Shown: positions 11,943-24,860 of the stretch, piece after piece
Numbering within the stretch: position 1 is the first letter of the stretch
How the letters are laid out: every line of letters begins with the position of its first letter
Origin: a virus
Reading direction: 5' to 3' (one strand)
Length of the DNA stretch: 64,000 nucleotides
IMG/VR virus record: IMGVR_UViG_3300011005_000062
Span: 1 to 64,000 of that record
The notes under the pieces: model-generated
What the model saw: the letters and a program-made list of their open reading frames with translations, nothing else
What the model was told of the DNA's origin: nothing
The model's database searches: none
Program-made: the position numbers and the translations under genes

Positions 11943-12488
11943 TTATTTTTCAATTAAATCATCCAATTTAAATACTTTAATACCAACTTTATTATATCTA
12001 GCAAATATATTGTCATGATTATTATCAGGCATTTTTGTTCTCAATCCAACATCATTAAGAAGTTTATCTTGATCTTTAGTTATAATAGCAATATGCCAAT
12101 ATTTATTTAATATATTAAAAAGCATATCTTTAGTAAGTTTATTAGCGATATTCAATTTAAATATTTCATTTTGATATATATTTTTAGGTATCATGTGTTC
12201 ATATACTAAATTGGTAAAATCATTGTTTTTGATTTTTTCATATGCTTCTTTAGAATACCAATCACCACAAAGATACTTATTTTTCTTTTTTAAAGATAAA
12301 TCAAGATTAGACAAAGATTTATTTCTACCTTCTCTATCTGCATTATATGCAATTTGACTATTATCAAAAATAAATTTTTGACTTTGCAAATATATAAAGT
12401 AATTATCAGAAAGTATATGAATAAATTCTATTCTATTAGTCCAACCTGGCATTATTTTCATCTTTAGCATTAACCTTATTGATAGCAT
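11943..12488 (-). CDS. Hypothetical protein
   Basis: Intact 181 aa ORF. Confidence 0.5.
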   Translation of the reverse strand: MLSIRLMLKMKIMPGWTNRIEFIHILSDNYFIYLQSQKFIFDNSQIAYNADREGRNKSLSNLDLSLKKKNKYLCGDWYSKEAYEKIKNNDFTNLVYEHMIPKNIYQNEIFKLNIANKLTKDMLFNILNKYWHIAIITKDQDKLLNDVGLRTKMPDNNHDNIFARYNKVGIKVFKLDDLIEK

Positions 12489-13211
12489 TATTAATAATAT
12501 TATTAAATTTTATCAAAAACTGATTATTCTTATGGTACAAATCTTCTTTATGATCATTTACACACTTGATAAGATCAGTTATAAGAGTATTATACCACAT
12601 CAGACGATAGTTTTTCTCCATCAACTGCTTATTTTTCTCAATAATTTCCTGTTTAAGAGAAATAACATCATTCATAACATCGGCCATTTAATCACCTCTT
12701 TTATTATTAATTATATTATAATATAATAGGAATATTAATAAAATAAACTAAATATTTAACTTATTCATTACATAATTAACTTCATTTTTAAATTCATTTT
12801 GACTTTCTAATAAATAATTTATTTTATCTTGCATTTTATCTAGTTCACTTTTATTTAAAATACCACCACTATGAATTTCCTTTAATAATCGATAATGAGA
12901 CTCGCAAATAATATTAAATACAGAAAGATATGGATATTGTAAAACTAATTCTTGAAATAAACTTAAACTTGTTATATGACTCCAATCATTAAGTGTAAAT
13001 AGCATATAACAATTAATAATGCATTCACACTTACTTTCATATGATTTGAGTTTATTTTCAATAAATTCGTAATAATTAGCACAATTACTTTCTTTAAAAG
13101 AATCAATATACAGTTTTTGTGTTATCTTATTTGTATTCATTTTTAACCTGTTGCTAATAATTCCACATTATGTTAATAAAAGTTTTAGATTCTTCTAATA
13201 ATAAATCTAAA

Positions 13212-13793
13212 TTACTTTTTATCATTTTCTTTCCACCAATTTGTTGGTCTATCTTTTAATGTATTAATAATGTCATTTAAACTATATAAATGATAATTAT
13301 TACTATCCATACATATATTCATTTTTCTTTCACTTATACCTAATTGTTTATATGCTAAATGATTAGGCATATATTGTTTTTTATCGTGTTGATGCCCATA
13401 TAAATGAAAAGAACCTTGATGAGATTTATTCCAATGCATCATTTGATAATGACATAATATAAATAAATTATTATCTATTTCTAATTCTAATAAATTAGAT
13501 ACTTTACTAAATCCACAATTTAAATAATCTTGATCTTCAAAATAATCATGATTTCCTTTAATTAATACTTTTTTACCATTTAATCTATTTGTTACACTAT
13601 TTAATCTATCAATATCTTTATTCCATAGAAAATCGCCTAATACAAATACACAATCATTTATTGATACTTGATTATTCCAATTTAATATTAATTGTTCAGT
13701 CATACTAATTGGGTCAGTAAATGGTCTATTGCAATATTTAATTATATTTCCATGATCTAAATGTAAATCACTTGTAAAAAATATTTTTCCCAT
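13212..13793 (-). CDS. Calcineurin-like metallophosphoesterase
   Basis: FTSDLHLDHGNIIKYCNRPF, FVLGDFLW, VLIKGNHDYF, SFHLYGHQHD. Confidence 0.95.
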   Translation of the reverse strand: MGKIFFTSDLHLDHGNIIKYCNRPFTDPISMTEQLILNWNNQVSINDCVFVLGDFLWNKDIDRLNSVTNRLNGKKVLIKGNHDYFEDQDYLNCGFSKVSNLLELEIDNNLFILCHYQMMHWNKSHQGSFHLYGHQHDKKQYMPNHLAYKQLGISERKMNICMDSNNYHLYSLNDIINTLKDRPTNWWKENDKK

Positions 13794-14560
13794 ATTAATT
13801 AAACTTCATTTAAGTTATTTTATTTAGTTTTTTCCTTTAACCATCTGCCAATAATTCCACATTATGCTAATAAATTTTTTAGATTCTTCTGATAATAAAT
13901 CATTAACTATTGTATTATTAATAGTAAACATACATTTATACAAGTGTAAACCTAATACTGGTAAAATTTGTATATCTTTAAATAGTTGTTCTATTTCTTG
14001 AATATCTAATTTAATTAATTCATTAAATAATTTACATTCATACTCTATTATTTGTTTTTCTATAGTATTCCAACCTGCTGAATAATTTACAGATTTAGAT
14101 TGTTGTTCTGATAATTCATTAATTATATTAAAATAATTAATTAAATTTTTATATTTATTTTCATTCATTTATGTTACTTTCATTTTAAAGGTTATCATAT
14201 CATCATATAATGTACATATATTAATAAAATAACATTCTTTTTCATTTTTGCTATATGTTATAAAAAATATATTTGGTAAATTTATTTTTGTTAATAAATT
14301 AAATCTTTTACTTTGTTTTGGAGTTAATGATAATCCACCTAAAATAACCATACTATTATATAACATTGTATTAAATTGATATACATGGTCATCATCAGAT
14401 AAAAATTCTTTTATTATATTTAAATCATTGCATATCCTATCTATAAATTTTTCATAATTGATATTTAATATATATTTAAAATATTTTTCATATATATTAA
14501 TTAAATATTTATTATAATCTGTTAATAATAATTGTTTATTAAGTTTATCTATATTCATAA

Positions 14561-15157
14561 TTAAAAAATCCTAATATGAGTCATAAAATAAAAATTATCC
14601 AATGATTTTTTATTATATTCAATTTTATTATATTTAATAAATAATGAACTTAAATTAGATGTAAATAACAATACAAATGCTGGTATTATTCTAATGTTAG
14701 GTTCATATGAATTATTATCATATACTGGAAAGAATTCAATTCTTTCTCCAATTTCTTTAATATAAAATCTTTCATTTATTAATGTTAAATCATATACAGA
14801 TAATTCTTGTGCCATATATTGTCTAAGATTATTTAATAAAGATATTAAACTTGTATGATTTAGCACCGTTAATTTATTTAAAGAAAACATATCTTTAATT
14901 TCTTTGTCAAATCTTGGATAGCATCCATCTAAATAATATAACATTTTACAATATGCAGTATCACCAATTTTACGCAATTTTATATATTTTTGCTTAATAA
15001 AATCATGTACATTAAAAATAGGCATACCAGGTAATAAATATCTTGCATTTGGATTTTCATTATCTGAAAATGGCCATAAGGTATCAGCAGGTAATATTTC
15101 ATCTTGATATTCTATTTTCCAATTTAAATATATAGTTTTTATTTGTGATTCATTCAT
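14561..15157 (-). CDS. Hypothetical protein
   Basis: 198 aa intact ORF. Confidence 0.5.
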   Translation of the reverse strand: MNESQIKTIYLNWKIEYQDEILPADTLWPFSDNENPNARYLLPGMPIFNVHDFIKQKYIKLRKIGDTAYCKMLYYLDGCYPRFDKEIKDMFSLNKLTVLNHTSLISLLNNLRQYMAQELSVYDLTLINERFYIKEIGERIEFFPVYDNNSYEPNIRIIPAFVLLFTSNLSSLFIKYNKIEYNKKSLDNFYFMTHIRIF

Positions 15158-15540
15158 TTTAACTTTAGAAATTTACATATACTATTAAATTCTTTTTCAT
15201 CAGTTATAATTCTAACATCAGTTTTACCAATACCAGCTATTAGACTACACAATTGTGATAATATTAATTCATCATTATTGGTTATACTTAATACTGATTT
15301 GTCAACAAATATATAATTTAATAGATATTGTTGATGAGATCGGCATTTTAATTGTATATCAATATTTTTAAATATTAAATATTCAAACTTGTTTTCTAAT
15401 ATTAATGTTGAAAATTTAGATAATTCTTTTATAATATTATTTTGCAACTCTTGATATTTACTTATTATATTATTATATGCTTTTAATATATCAAGTTCTT
15501 TTTGAAATTCTAATGAAATATTAACTTTATATGTATTCAT
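15154..15540 (-). CDS. Hypothetical protein, paralog of C-terminal half of 15968..16765
   Basis: MNTYKVNISLEFQKELDILKAYNNIISKYQELQNNIIKELSKFSTLILE resembles NKVNISFKYQKEIEILKNYNICITEYQNLINQFIEQLSKVSVLILE. Confidence 0.6.
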   Translation of the reverse strand: MNTYKVNISLEFQKELDILKAYNNIISKYQELQNNIIKELSKFSTLILENKFEYLIFKNIDIQLKCRSHQQYLLNYIFVDKSVLSITNNDELILSQLCSLIAGIGKTDVRIITDEKEFNSICKFLKLK

Positions 15541-15967
15541 TTAAATATATTTCCTTACCTATCTAAGAAATTTTTAATATTAACATATTCATGTGATGTT
15601 ACAATATTTATTGCTTCTTCTAATGATATGTGTTTTTTCCAAAGAGCAGATCTATCTAAATATTTTTCTATTAATTCAATTGTAGTATTTGGAATGTTAC
15701 CTAATAAATACATAACAAGTTTAATATTAAACTTATCATTTTTATGAATATTATATTTAATATGTATATATTGATGTTCATTCAATATATATACTTTAGT
15801 TCCAAATAATTTAAATAATGCTTGTTTAATGATAGGTCCAGCATTATTATATCCAACTAATGTATTTGTTAAATATGTTTGAACTATATCAGTAGATAAC
15901 ATTGTTAATTCAGTACATAAGTCTTTAAGATGTTCAATATTTACTTGTGATTTATTTATATCCATAA

Positions 15968-16765
15968 TTAGTTATATGTATCAAATATTTTTAATATTTT
16001 TGAAATCTTTTCATTATCTTCAACAATATCATATGTTCCATTAATTAACTTATTTAATAATTGATATAATGTCATAGTTTCATACAAAACCATATGTGTT
16101 AATTTATCATATAATTTATATGATAAATTAGTTTTAATTATATTATTATTAAGTTTTATATGTTTAATTTCATTTACAAATATAATATAGTCATATGAAG
16201 ATTCTAATATTAACACAGAAACTTTTGATAATTGTTCAATAAATTGATTAATTAGGTTTTGATATTCTGTTATACAAATATTATAATTTTTTAATATTTC
16301 AATTTCTTTTTGATATTTAAATGAAATATTAACTTTATTAATATTTAGTTTATTAATTGAACTATTATATTCATTTTTACAAATATCTTTTGTAAGTGTT
16401 TGAAGAGGAATATGTTCATATTCAGTAAAAATATGTAAAGCTTTGTCTATTGTTATTAATTCATATTTATTAGCCATTTCTTTTAAATATTTTTTATTAA
16501 CTATAGTAAAGTCATTACCTGGAAATTCATCAAATATAAAGACTGTAAATAATGCATTATAACAAATATTGCCTTCAAAATTATATTTAACATAAATATA
16601 ATGATTATCAGGTGTTTTAAATAGTTTATTATCAAATAATAATGCTGCACATTCAATTATACCAACATCAAATGCTCTTATAGATGAAACATAATATTTT
16701 GTATAAATGTTTTTAAATGAAGCATTTATTTGTTTACATAAATCTGTAATATTACTCATTATCAT
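15968..16765 (-). CDS. Hypothetical protein, apparent fusion of the two neighbouring small-protein families
   Basis: N-terminal part resembles 15555..15965; C-terminal part resembles 15154..15540. Confidence 0.55.
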   Translation of the reverse strand: MIMSNITDLCKQINASFKNIYTKYYVSSIRAFDVGIIECAALLFDNKLFKTPDNHYIYVKYNFEGNICYNALFTVFIFDEFPGNDFTIVNKKYLKEMANKYELITIDKALHIFTEYEHIPLQTLTKDICKNEYNSSINKLNINKVNISFKYQKEIEILKNYNICITEYQNLINQFIEQLSKVSVLILESSYDYIIFVNEIKHIKLNNNIIKTNLSYKLYDKLTHMVLYETMTLYQLLNKLINGTYDIVEDNEKISKILKIFDTYN

Positions 16766-17489
16766 CCTTTAATGCATTTTGTAAATAATTAAAAGTAAAC
16801 TTATCATATGATTTATTTAATACATTTCTAATATATGCGGTATTATCTGGTGATACTTTAGTTACTTTTGTATAATAAAATAATGTACCATACTTAGTAT
16901 AAGCTGGAGCATCAATATTCCAATCAAACTGTTTTTCTTCTTTTAATTGTTTAATTTTTTCATCACTATTTTTAGCCATGGCTTGTTTATGAGAATAAAA
17001 ATGTCCAAACCACATACTAATACTATTTCTAATACAATCACGCTGACGATAAATAAAATTATTTAAACATTCAGCAATATTTGGAGGAGTAATAATACGA
17101 CTATCAAATACGGCTGGATATTGATTAACATTATTATTTAAATTACTAATCATAGATTGATTAAATTTAACACTAGCATATGCTGCGGTTAAACTCAATA
17201 ATTTATTAATTCTATTATTATACCATTTACTTTTACTATCAAAAAGTAAAGTGATTTCATCACTACCTGTCCATGCTAATTTAATTTCAGCAATTTCATT
17301 CATTAAATATTCAGTAGCATCAAGCATTGCTTCATGAAAATACTTATCAAATGGTTTTTCACATTTCCAATGTTTAATCTGCTTACTAAAACCCTTTCCA
17401 TCCAATCTAATTAAAAATGGAGAATCTCCTTTAATAATAATATTATATTCATCTTCATATTTCTTTTGTCTTGATGCTAATTCATTCAT
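16752..17489 (-). CDS. Thg1-like tRNA guanylyltransferase / 3'-5' polymerase
   Basis: MNELASRQKKYEDEYNIIIKGDSPFLIRLDGKGFSKQI, EIAEIKLAWTGSDEITLLF, RDCIRNSISMWFGHFYSHKQ; Thg1 family catalytic layout. Confidence 0.88.
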   Translation of the reverse strand: MNELASRQKKYEDEYNIIIKGDSPFLIRLDGKGFSKQIKHWKCEKPFDKYFHEAMLDATEYLMNEIAEIKLAWTGSDEITLLFDSKSKWYNNRINKLLSLTAAYASVKFNQSMISNLNNNVNQYPAVFDSRIITPPNIAECLNNFIYRQRDCIRNSISMWFGHFYSHKQAMAKNSDEKIKQLKEEKQFDWNIDAPAYTKYGTLFYYTKVTKVSPDNTAYIRNVLNKSYDKFTFNYLQNALKDDNE

Positions 17490-17907
17490 AATATTATCCT
17501 TTATTTAAAATAAATTTTATTAATATTTAAATAATTACATTTTTTACATCTAAATATTACATAATATCCAATAGGATGTGAAGATAATCCATTTTTTATA
17601 ATATTAGTTAATTCATTAAGTTTGTTTTCATTATATTTTGTTTCTATTCCATTATCACCAATATACATTTCATCTGCTGGAATAGTAGACATATTTAATA
17701 TATTTTCTATTATTTTTTTAATATTATCTATTGAAATTTCATTATATATATCATCACGTTTAATTATTTCAAAATCATGTTTACATTCACATTTATGTTT
17801 AATTTTATTAATTATCCAATTAAATAATTTCATATTAAATATCCTTTTATAAATATATCAATATATTAAAAATATAATAAAAAAATTGGTTAAATAAACA
17901 AAAAGTT

Positions 17908-17941
17908 GATTAAATGTCGCGATCATTTAATCAACTTTTAT
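17908..17941. terminator. Hairpin terminator-like element
   Basis: aaaagttgattaaatg-tcgcgat-catttaatcaactttt: perfect stem flanked by A/T tracts. Confidence 0.7.
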
Positions 17942-20011
17942 TTTTGAAGGAAATTTGTGTAACTCTTTAGCAAATGCTCCCTAATACTTTCATCTTCGGA
18001 AGACTTTATTCAGTTCTTACACTCGTTTTTAAGATATCACTATTAACAATAAAATCTAAATTAATTATTTTTATTTAGGCTCAGCCCTTGCTCTATTCAT
18101 TTTACTTGTTTCACTTTCATTTTTAACATTAAACATTTATTATTATCAATTATCAAAGTATTAAATCTATTATTAACTTTTATCTCGGACCAGCTCTAAT
18201 CATAACTAAACTCATTTTAAATTGTTTCACTTTCATTTTTAATCTACACATTTCATTGTTTCACCTCTTTTGTTTTTGTTTATATTATAATATAATAGAA
18301 ATTTTTAAGAAATAAACAATTAATATTTTAATTTTTTAAATCATTTGAATCCTCTGATTCATCTTCATCTTCATAATATTCATACCAAAAATATTTCATA
18401 CTTTCTTTAACCATTCTAGCAAATGCAAATGCAAACATAAAAATAATTACAAATAATAGTCCAAAAATAAGCCAACCCATATTATATTTTCTCCTTTATT
18501 TATAGTTCACATTCAAATTTATCAAATTGTTCTAATTCATCTGGTAACATTTGTCGATTACTTTTTAAATCATAATAAATTTCTTCAACCATATATTGTT
18601 TGGCATCATGCTCATAATGTGCATCAATCATTGCATGAAATGAAATAATTTCTTGACTTCCAAATCCTCCATCATTAACTCTATTTTTAATTAAATTGAG
18701 AGGCATATTACCTACTCGTAATTCATCATTAGTAATTTTAAACGGTATCATTTGAATAATACTAATATTATTATCCAAAGAAAGAATTTTACAATAACCA
18801 CGAACATATAAATGTGTAAATTGACAAGTAAGTGCTGATTGAATAGTAGCCACAATTAATCCTTTCTTTTATTTAAATATTTAATTAAAAAATATATTAA
18901 AAATCCAATAATTCCAATTGTTAAAAAAATACTACTTAATTGTAAATCAATTTCTGCATCATATTCATCATCATATGATGTTTCTATTATTTGTTTATAT
19001 TGATAATTACTTGGATATGTATAAAATCTTAACATATTACCATTAGCTTTATGATATTCATGTAAGCGACGTTTAGCTGATGGCCTATATATAGTATTTG
19101 AATATAATGAATAACAAACCAACATATTTAACCCTTTTACATCTTAATTGGTAAATTTTTACCATAAGATCCTATATTAATAAATATCATATCTTTATTA
19201 TATTTTATTCACAAAGTATAATAATAATAACTGGAATAAACATATGCAATACTATTACAAAACACAGACCAAATAGTCCAAACAATTTAATAATCAATGT
19301 CTGCAATGTAAACCATATCACAACACAAAAAATACACGCAATACAAATCAAAAACATCACAAATGCACAAGCAGTTACCATCATATTTATACCTCTATGT
19401 ATATTATAATATAATAGAAATATTTAAATTATAAACTTTATATTAAATTTATATTTTATTTAATTTTTTTCCATTCTCTGGTTCCATCAGAATTAGATAC
19501 TAAATCATATTTCAATTTACCTTGATAAAAATCTTTACATGCGTCAATATATCCATTTTCATATTGTTTTTTCGCTTCATTTCCAGCACGCCAACCAATA
19601 ATTAAATCAATTAATATAAAAAAACTAATTACCACCAAAAAATATGTTATACTATCATTCATGTCTAATACTACCTATACCTTCAACCATTTTTGCTTGT
19701 TTTGTATCATATGCTTCATAAATACTATCACCAATCTTGGTATTATCATAAATTGCCTTGAAATAGTCTTTGCCGAAAGCTACTCTCATACCATCAATAA
19801 AAATGATACGACCGAAACTATCAGCACGGCTTACATCTATATCTTTAAATTTACGACATACCACATCCATATCCGTACCAGGAAAGTCATGATGAAACAC
19901 TGCTGCAAATGACATCGGATGATAATTCATCGGTACATCTCTGATGGTGATAGTTTTGCCATCTTTCATATAAGACATTTCAATTTGCCAACAATTATCA
20001 TGTACCATAAT

Positions 20012-20206
20012 TCATTTTTCCATAAATTTACATCTTTTATTATTATTAATTCGTTCACAGTTTAATTCACAACCATATACATAATAACTATATTTACAAC
20101 ATTGACATTTATGTTCTTCTAACTCATGGTGTTCACATTCCCATTTTCTAGCAAAAATCTTCCCACAATAATCACATTGCCAATGAGGTATTTGAATTTC
20201 TTTCAT
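20012..20206 (-). CDS. Small C2H2-like zinc-finger protein
   Basis: WQCDYCGKIFARKWECEHHELEEHKCQCC. Confidence 0.65.
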   Translation of the reverse strand: MKEIQIPHWQCDYCGKIFARKWECEHHELEEHKCQCCKYSYYVYGCELNCERINNNKRCKFMEK

Positions 20207-21348
20207 AATTTACCTAATATCATTTCCATCTTTTACTGCTTCATATGCTAAATTTCTATTAAATTTAAAACAATTAGAATTTAAATTATCATACCATTCA
20301 GGTTTAACTTCATCTCCATTATATGAAAGATTAAAAAGTTTTCTCTTTTTTGTTCCATCTTTTTTAGGAACATCAACAATTAAAATGTAATTCCATTCAA
20401 GTGAATTAAATACCTCAACTACATCAAGATGCATATAATTTTTAAAATAACCTAAATCATTTTTCATATTTAATATTCCTTTTCAATTGTAATTATTAAA
20501 TCAGAATTTGGTAGTGTATAATAATGAAATCCATATTTTCCATAAGAATGATATTTTACTCGATAATTTTTAATAGCTACACCTTTTTTCCAATCACCTC
20601 TTCCTAAAAAACAATCTATATCTTTTGCAGTAATTCCATAAGTATTTTCTTCTAAATAAAAATACTCGTTAATATGTACACTTTTTCTTTTGCAATAATC
20701 AATATAATTTTGATATGCTTGATCTATTATTTTTTCAACTTTATTCTTAGCATTTATAAAGTTGTTTTCTTCTTTATTGTATAAATATGCATTATATTCT
20801 TCCGCTGACATAGATTTAATTTTATCATCTATATCATCAGATTTAACAACTTTTATATCAGCGGATTTTTTTCTTCTAAATAAATTAATGAAATAACTCA
20901 TAGTCCAAGTTCTTCTTGAATTTCTTGAATCTTTTTTTCAAGTTCAATAAAATCTAAATAACCTACTATATCATTATTTAAACAGTTAAGTTTAACAATT
21001 TTAGGAATAGTAATATTACCTTTCTTTTCAAAAACACTAAGTTCCCAAAACCCATCTAATCCACCACAACTGCATTCATTCATAGTAATAGAAATTTCAT
21101 AATTTCCATTATCTAATTCAATTTTTCCAACAATACCTGATGATTCTGGAAATTTCATAATTCTAAATTTAACATCAGCAAACGTCTTCATAATTAATTC
21201 TCCATTATTTAGTTAAACTTATTAATATATTATGACATGAAATAAACATTATAAATACAAAACTAATAAAAAATAATAACATTCCAATTATTTTTAATAT
21301 AATTTTTTCATTTTCAGTTAAATTAACTTTCATAATTATCTTCTTTAT

Positions 21349-22428
21349 TTAATTATTAATTAATTTCACAAATTCTGGTCTAATAAAGTTACTAACTTCT
21401 TTTGAAATGTACTTTTTAACTTTTGCCATACTAAATACTTCAATATCTGTTGATTCTTCAAGCAGTTTGACTTCATCAATATGATCTTTATCAAAATCTT
21501 TCCAAAGATCCTTTAAAAAAGCACCTAAAAAAACTCCAAACATCTTTTCATTCAATTCTCCAATCTTTGATACTACACTCATCATGCGTGATTCAGTGAT
21601 GTATTCACGAGCATATTCAAAGATCTTCATTTCCAATTCAGTAAGAGGAATGTTTTCTTTCTTTTCTTTTGGAGTTTTACAAACTCTTTCTTTGAATTTA
21701 GTACCTTTATTTTTAAAAATAACTCTTTGACCATTAGGCATCCACATAGGAACATTAGGTTTAATAACAACACCTTCTGCAATATTTCCTTCAATAATAG
21801 GCAATCCCCAAAGATAATTACCTGTAGTATCAACAAATTCTACAGGATAATTTAAACATTCATCTAGTGTGCCTGAAAAAAGAATTTGTTCATGAGGCAA
21901 TCCAACCTTTTGACAAAGTTCAACAACAGTTGATTGCATCATCAGATATTTATTTCCATCTTCCCATCTTAAAAGAATATCAAAAGGAACCCACATATTA
22001 TCAGGATGATAGTCAACTCTTCCTTGAATTTTAACTGCACCTTTAACTTTTTCAACATCAGGATGACGATAAAATCCACCACAAAGTTCACCATAAACAG
22101 TCATAGACATTTTATCGGGTGTGGAAACAAATCCAGTATAAACACTGTTTTTAATAAGCTCTTTCATTTTTCTAAGCTTATTTTCAACATCTTCATTTTT
22201 CATAGCTCTTTGCCAGCCTTGAAAATTTGTATCTCTTTCAAGATAATTGGATCTACTTCCAACTACAAACTTTTCATTCTCATCAATAGAACATTGAAAA
22301 TTACTTCCGTCAATTTTACAACAACACACATAGTTATAATTTTTACTTCCATAACCAAGTTCTTTAACTTGCTTAAGAAATTTTTCATTATACGTATTTT
22401 CTATATCAGTGTAACTTTTAAAATTCAT
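21349..22428 (-). CDS. RNA ligase, T4 Rnl2-like
   Basis: Nucleotidyltransferase lysine motif KIDGSNFQC, VVGSRSNYL, VYGELCGG, EGVVIKP, FKNKGTKFKE. Confidence 0.9.
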   Translation of the reverse strand: MNFKSYTDIENTYNEKFLKQVKELGYGSKNYNYVCCCKIDGSNFQCSIDENEKFVVGSRSNYLERDTNFQGWQRAMKNEDVENKLRKMKELIKNSVYTGFVSTPDKMSMTVYGELCGGFYRHPDVEKVKGAVKIQGRVDYHPDNMWVPFDILLRWEDGNKYLMMQSTVVELCQKVGLPHEQILFSGTLDECLNYPVEFVDTTGNYLWGLPIIEGNIAEGVVIKPNVPMWMPNGQRVIFKNKGTKFKERVCKTPKEKKENIPLTELEMKIFEYAREYITESRMMSVVSKIGELNEKMFGVFLGAFLKDLWKDFDKDHIDEVKLLEESTDIEVFSMAKVKKYISKEVSNFIRPEFVKLINN

Positions 22429-22988
22429 TTTTCAAAATCCTTGCCATTCCATTCCATATTCAACTGCTTCTTTTGTTTTTTGCAAATATTTTCTAACTTT
22501 CTTAAACCCTTTATTGAACTTTTTTATATTAATCTCTCGTTTTTTAAATTCATTTTCATCTTCTATTAAATCATTAATTTCATTATCAATAAATTCAACA
22601 TCATCTGTATTCATTTCTTTACCTATTACAGTAATTGATTACTTCTTTATAAATTTTTCCACACTTCTTACATCTTTGAATAACTACATGACCAATTGCT
22701 TTTCGTTTTTCAAGTTCTTTCTTTAACCTTTCTTCATATGCTGGTTCAAGATTATCTCGAATCAATTCAATAACTTTTTCTTCTGATATACCTTTTTCTT
22801 TCAATATCTTAAGAAATTCATCCTGAAACTTAATTTTTATTTCTCCAAAACATTCCCAAAGTAGATTTCTCATTGATGAATAAAGTCCTTCATCATAAAA
22901 ATCTTCATTGTGAATCAATTCATATTCATGTTCACATTCAGGATTTTTATGATTATCAAATAAAAACCATCCCATATTTATATTTCCT

Positions 22989-23450
22989 TTAATTATTTAA
23001 AATTGTCAAAGCTCTAATATATCTATTAGCCAAACTATTATTTTTTTCTATAAAACAATTAAACAAATTATCTTCAAGATCTAACATTTTTATAATAGAT
23101 CCAAGATAGTTAGGTTTAACTTTATTTTTAATATATTCCATATATGACTGATTTTTATCTCGTGTAATAGCAGCTAACCCATTAAATACATCTTTAATAA
23201 AATCTTTTTCAAAAAATTCATTAAAAGTATTAAAATAAATATCTTTCAATTTATCTATATTGTATTCTGTATCTTCTGCAACATCATGAAGTAATGCAAT
23301 AATTTGCAACTTTAGAGACAATTCTGTATTAGTTGGATAATGATTTATTACAGAATTAAATACACGGAGTGAATGTTTATATACATAACTTTCTTTATCA
23401 AAATATTTATTTAAATCATTTTTAATTTTAAAAATAACAACATTATCCAT
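22989..23450 (-). CDS. HD-domain phosphohydrolase
   Basis: HSLRVFNSVI...LSLKLQIIALLHDVAEDTEYNIDKL. Confidence 0.85.
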   Translation of the reverse strand: MDNVVIFKIKNDLNKYFDKESYVYKHSLRVFNSVINHYPTNTELSLKLQIIALLHDVAEDTEYNIDKLKDIYFNTFNEFFEKDFIKDVFNGLAAITRDKNQSYMEYIKNKVKPNYLGSIIKMLDLEDNLFNCFIEKNNSLANRYIRALTILNN

Positions 23451-24150
23451 TTTATTATAATCCCTTTCACATAATATTCATATTATTAATATAATAGAAA
23501 TATTAAATTTTTAAAATAAAAAGGATGTTTATAATTAAATAAACATCCTAAATTTTATTATAACTTGTTGTAATGTATTACACACATAGTGGAGTAAGTG
23601 AAATTTCCTTATTATTCTTATTAGTTTCAATTACAACACGATTAAAACTCATATTACGATTCTTAACCGATGGATGAAGATTTACCATGGTAAGTGGATA
23701 TCCATTAACAACAGGAAAATTACACCTACGTTCGATATCAGAACGAGATCCATCCTGTGTTAGAATAATCTTACCAGTACGAGTTAGATCATTCACAACA
23801 TAATAACAATTCTTAGTATTCCAACCAGCTTCAGCAATAGCATCCACAGGAACATTAATCCTAGTAAGACTATTATTCATATCAGCCACAACATCATTAA
23901 CCCATGCATTCTTCTTGTTCTTCATTTTTAAGATTCCTTTCTTTTAAATTGTTAAAATTGTATTGAAGAAAATATTAACTTACATAAAAATTAAATCATA
24001 CTTATTATCCTTTCTTTAATAGTACTTATCCTTTTTCCAACAATTACACTAACTTTTAGTTAGTTCATTTTCACCAATAAGTTCAGGTTTATAAGTATAA
24101 CTAAATTTATCAACCAAATAAAGATGATTTACACAACACTTTTTACATTT

Positions 24151-24459
24151 TCAATTTTCCTCTATTAATTCAAAATCAAGAACATGATCCACTTTATTAT
24201 TGTACCTTTTATTCAATTCACGAAATGCACCAGGAACAACACCATATTCTTCATCTATAGGTATTATTTCAGTATGAACTTTATCAGAACCTTTGAAAGT
24301 AAATTTCACTTTAAATTTTTGATAATCATCGAATAATAGATTAATTATTCTTTTGTTTTTGGCTTTGTTTTGTTTAATAATGGTTTTACATTCAGGAGAA
24401 CAAATATATTTTCCATTTTCCAACTTAAACATTACCTTACCACACTTTGGACATTTCAT
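24151..24459 (-). CDS. Zinc-ribbon protein
   Basis: MKCPKCGKVMFKLENGKYICSPECKTI. Confidence 0.6.
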   Translation of the reverse strand: MKCPKCGKVMFKLENGKYICSPECKTIIKQNKAKNKRIINLLFDDYQKFKVKFTFKGSDKVHTEIIPIDEEYGVVPGAFRELNKRYNNKVDHVLDFELIEEN

Positions 24460-24820
24460 TTTTCACCTTTTTATTTTAATTTATATTATAATATAATAGA
24501 AAGTTCAAAGAACTAAACTAATAAATATTTTTTGAATTAAGTTGATTTTTAAGCCATTCATTAAATTCTACTTCACTTTCATGAGTCCAAATAAAATGAT
24601 GAAGAATCATTCGCTTTACTTCAGCAAGAATATCTTCAAAATTTGCCTTAATTCCTCGAGATGCATGTTCTAGATAAAATGAAGGTTGTTCCGACTGATA
24701 ATTCATACCATGAATAAAAATATGTACAAATCCAGGTCTCACATTTTCAATACTAACAATCAATTCATTTACATAAGTACGAACAACAAATGAATTCATT
24801 CAATTACCTCTTAACTTTAA

Positions 24821-24860
24821 TTTATATTATAATATAATAGGTATTTTGAAGAAATAAACT
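24821..24860 (-). promoter_or_regulatory. Candidate phage promoter (example of recurrent motif)
   Basis: Minus strand AGTTTATTTCTTCAAAATACCTATTATATTATAATATAAA; near-identical blocks upstream of many minus-strand genes. Confidence 0.6.

Noticed and set aside
22006-22569. Plus-strand ORF of 187 aa
   Set aside because: Antisense to the Rnl2-like ligase and the next gene; low-complexity translation.
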